64,000 bases of DNA from Actinomycetota bacterium (lineage in GTDB: Bacteria > Actinomycetota > Acidimicrobiia > Acidimicrobiales > AC-14): the NCBI GenBank assembly GCA_040754375.1, contig JBFMCT010000011.1:1384-65383 (forward strand), in the 5' to 3' direction. A program made the translations under genes and the position numbers. Of the stretch, positions 62,456-64,000 are shown piece by piece. The notes beneath the pieces were generated by a model, which searched no databases, was not told the origin of the DNA, and was given only the letters and a program-made list of their open reading frames with translations. Positions within the stretch are counted from its first letter, which is position 1; each line of letters opens with the position of its first letter.

Positions 62456-63619
62456 TCAGCCCCGCCAGTCGAGGCACACGGCGGTGGCGTCGTCGCGCAG
62501 GTCCGATGCCCGGTGGTCGACGACCGCCCGGGTGATGAGGCGGACGACCTCGGCCGGGGGGAGCGAAGCCGTGGCCTGGGCCAGGTCGACGAGGCGCTCT
62601 TCCCCGAACTGGTCCAGGCTGTCGGGCGCGGCCTCCAGCACGCCGTCGCTGACCACCAGGAGGCGGTCGCCGGGCGCCAATTGCCAGCGCTGCACCTGGT
62701 AGGCGGCGTCGCGGAACATGCCCAAGGGGAAGTCGGCATCGAGGTTCATCTCGCTCGCCTGCCCGCCCCGCAAGCAGTAGGCGTGGGGGTGGCCGGCGTT
62801 GACGACGTCCACCGCCCCTGTCGCCAGGTCGAGGCAGGCCACCAGGCCGCTGACGAACTGCTCCTCCTCGAACTGGGACGACACCGCGGCATTGGCGGCC
62901 TGGGCCTGGTCACCGACGCCGTGGCCCGACCGGCGGGCGTTGCGGAGGGCGTTCACGGCCAAGCTCCCGACGACCGCGGCCCGCAGGCCGTGGCCCATGG
63001 CGTCGGTCACCGACACGGTGACCGTCCCGACGTCGACGCAGTAGTCGAAGTTGTCGCCCCCGAACTCGTAGGCGGGCTCCAGCATCCCGGCCAAGGCCAC
63101 GTCGTCGCTCTCGTAGGCCAGGGCCGGCAGCAGGCCCCATTGGATCTCGGCCGCCAGCTCGAGGGGGCGATAACGGCGGGCCCGCTCGAAGAAGTCGGTG
63201 TAGGGGCGGCAGGCGGCGATGACGTAGGCCACCGTGGTCGCCACCCGGCCAACGCGGTCGAGGTCGTGGGCCGAGGGAGGCCGGGCCAGCAGGACATCGA
63301 GCACCCCCAGGCGGTCGGCCCGGACCGACACCGGGACGTAGACCCGGTGACCTTCCTGGTCGGGAAAGGCCATGGGCTGCTGGCGGCGGAACACGGTCCC
63401 GGCCGGGCTGTCGTCGACGGCCAGCGACTCGCTCGAGCGGGCCGGCCGGCCCTCGTCGATCCGCTCGAGGGTGCGCTCGCCGTAGTCGGCCAGGAGCAGG
63501 CTCACGGCCTGGGCCGGGAACATGGCCTTGACGTGCCCGGTCAGCACGGCCAGAGCCGCGAACGGCGGAGCCGAGTCGAGCGCCGCCAGCAGCTCCGCTA
63601 TGTCCTCCCCGGCGGTCAC
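62456..63619 (-). CDS. PP2C/SpoIIE-family serine phosphatase with N-terminal GAF-like sensor
   Basis: 387 aa. GGDNFDY.., VTDAMGHGL.AA, VVNAGHP, LLVVSDGV. GTG overlaps the serA stop (GTGA). Confidence 0.85.
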   Translation of the reverse strand: MTAGEDIAELLAALDSAPPFAALAVLTGHVKAMFPAQAVSLLLADYGERTLERIDEGRPARSSESLAVDDSPAGTVFRRQQPMAFPDQEGHRVYVPVSVRADRLGVLDVLLARPPSAHDLDRVGRVATTVAYVIAACRPYTDFFERARRYRPLELAAEIQWGLLPALAYESDDVALAGMLEPAYEFGGDNFDYCVDVGTVTVSVTDAMGHGLRAAVVGSLAVNALRNARRSGHGVGDQAQAANAAVSSQFEEEQFVSGLVACLDLATGAVDVVNAGHPHAYCLRGGQASEMNLDADFPLGMFRDAAYQVQRWQLAPGDRLLVVSDGVLEAAPDSLDQFGEERLVDLAQATASLPPAEVVRLITRAVVDHRASDLRDDATAVCLDWRG

Positions 63620-64000
63620 CCCGGGTCTTGGCTGAGGCGGTCGACCCGCACGATGCCGGGCTCGGACCGCAGCCCTTCGAGGACCTGGTCGGGCACGGGC
63701 TGGTCGGTCGACAGGACCATGAGGGCGGCCTCCCCCGAGGGTGAACGGCCCACGTCCATGTCCGAGATGTTGACCCCGGTCCGGCCCAGGAGCGTCCCCA
63801 CCACGCCGATCATGCCGGGCCGGTCGTCGTTACGGACCACCAGCATGTGGCGGGCCGGTGGGATGTCGACGGTGTGGTCGTCGACCATGACCAGGCGGGC
63901 CTCGTTGCCCAGCCCGAACAGGGTGCCGGCGATGGAGTGGTCAGGGCCCCGAACGGTGATCAGGTTCACGTAGTCCTCGGTCTCCGACGACTTCGACTCG
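63616..64000 (-). CDS. serA: D-3-phosphoglycerate dehydrogenase, C-terminal ASB/ACT part (5' end beyond right edge)
   Basis: ..HMLVVRNDDRPGMIGVVGTLLGRTGVNISDMDVGRSPSGEAALMVLSTDQPVP..VL..L is the typical ACT domain at the end of long-form SerA. The frame stays open to the window edge. Confidence 0.8.
   Translation of the reverse strand, partial: ESKSSETEDYVNLITVRGPDHSIAGTLFGLGNEARLVMVDDHTVDIPPARHMLVVRNDDRPGMIGVVGTLLGRTGVNISDMDVGRSPSGEAALMVLSTDQPVPDQVLEGLRSEPGIVRVDRLSQDPG

Noticed and set aside
1-64000. CRISPR arrays, rRNA genes, IS elements, toxin-antitoxin pairs, restriction-modification or other recognisable defence systems
   Set aside because: There are no regularly spaced short direct repeats, rRNA-like segments, or transposase, integrase or nuclease-methylase gene pairs. 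The only methyltransferase (12845..13573) has small-molecule-type class I motifs, not DNA MTase motifs.

Overview
Very GC-rich, actinobacterial-type chromosomal DNA, densely coded on both strands. Many neighbouring genes overlap by 1-4 nt (ATGA / GTGA / TTGA). I saw no rRNA, CRISPR array, transposase, integrase or prophage genes. All calls come from reading the supplied translations plus manual reverse-complement translation; no searches were run, so family names are motif and architecture recognitions, not database hits. The left ~39 kb looks accessory. It holds a secreted tandem-repeat protein running off the left edge (absent from the ORF track), an uncharacterised REC-like protein next to a ParB/Srx-fold protein, and an LpqY-SugABC-like sugar ABC importer. 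It also holds a tail-anchored surface protein, a DinG/XPD-type helicase, a SAM methyltransferase and a BNR/Asp-box propeller. The most interesting region is a ~20 kb multi-operon locus (15.3-35.9 kb). It combines genes resembling the MSMEG_0565-0572 / Sll0783-0787 'Nit1C' set, with no nitrilase present, with four other groups: (1) a Co-type nitrile hydratase (beta, alpha, His-tailed accessory protein); (2) the FdrA/DUF1116/DUF2877/carbamate kinase quartet; (3) a ComA-type phosphosulfolactate synthase with two fumarate-lyase-superfamily enzymes, a PLP enzyme and proteins I cannot place; (4) XRE-cupin and SARP/AfsR regulators at the border. The right ~25 kb is core metabolism in an order recalled from Mycobacterium: tRNA-Glu/tRNA-Gln, gltX, proS, ilvE-leuB, greA, IclR-leuCD, leuA with a Leu leader-peptide attenuator, and partial serA. 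Small islands interrupt it: an ECF sigma / small protein / TPR-CHAT module, a DivIVA-domain coiled-coil protein, and a CooC/MinD-type ATPase interrupted by an in-frame TGA at a metal-binding Cys position. A second copy of the REC-like protein family sits beside that ATPase.
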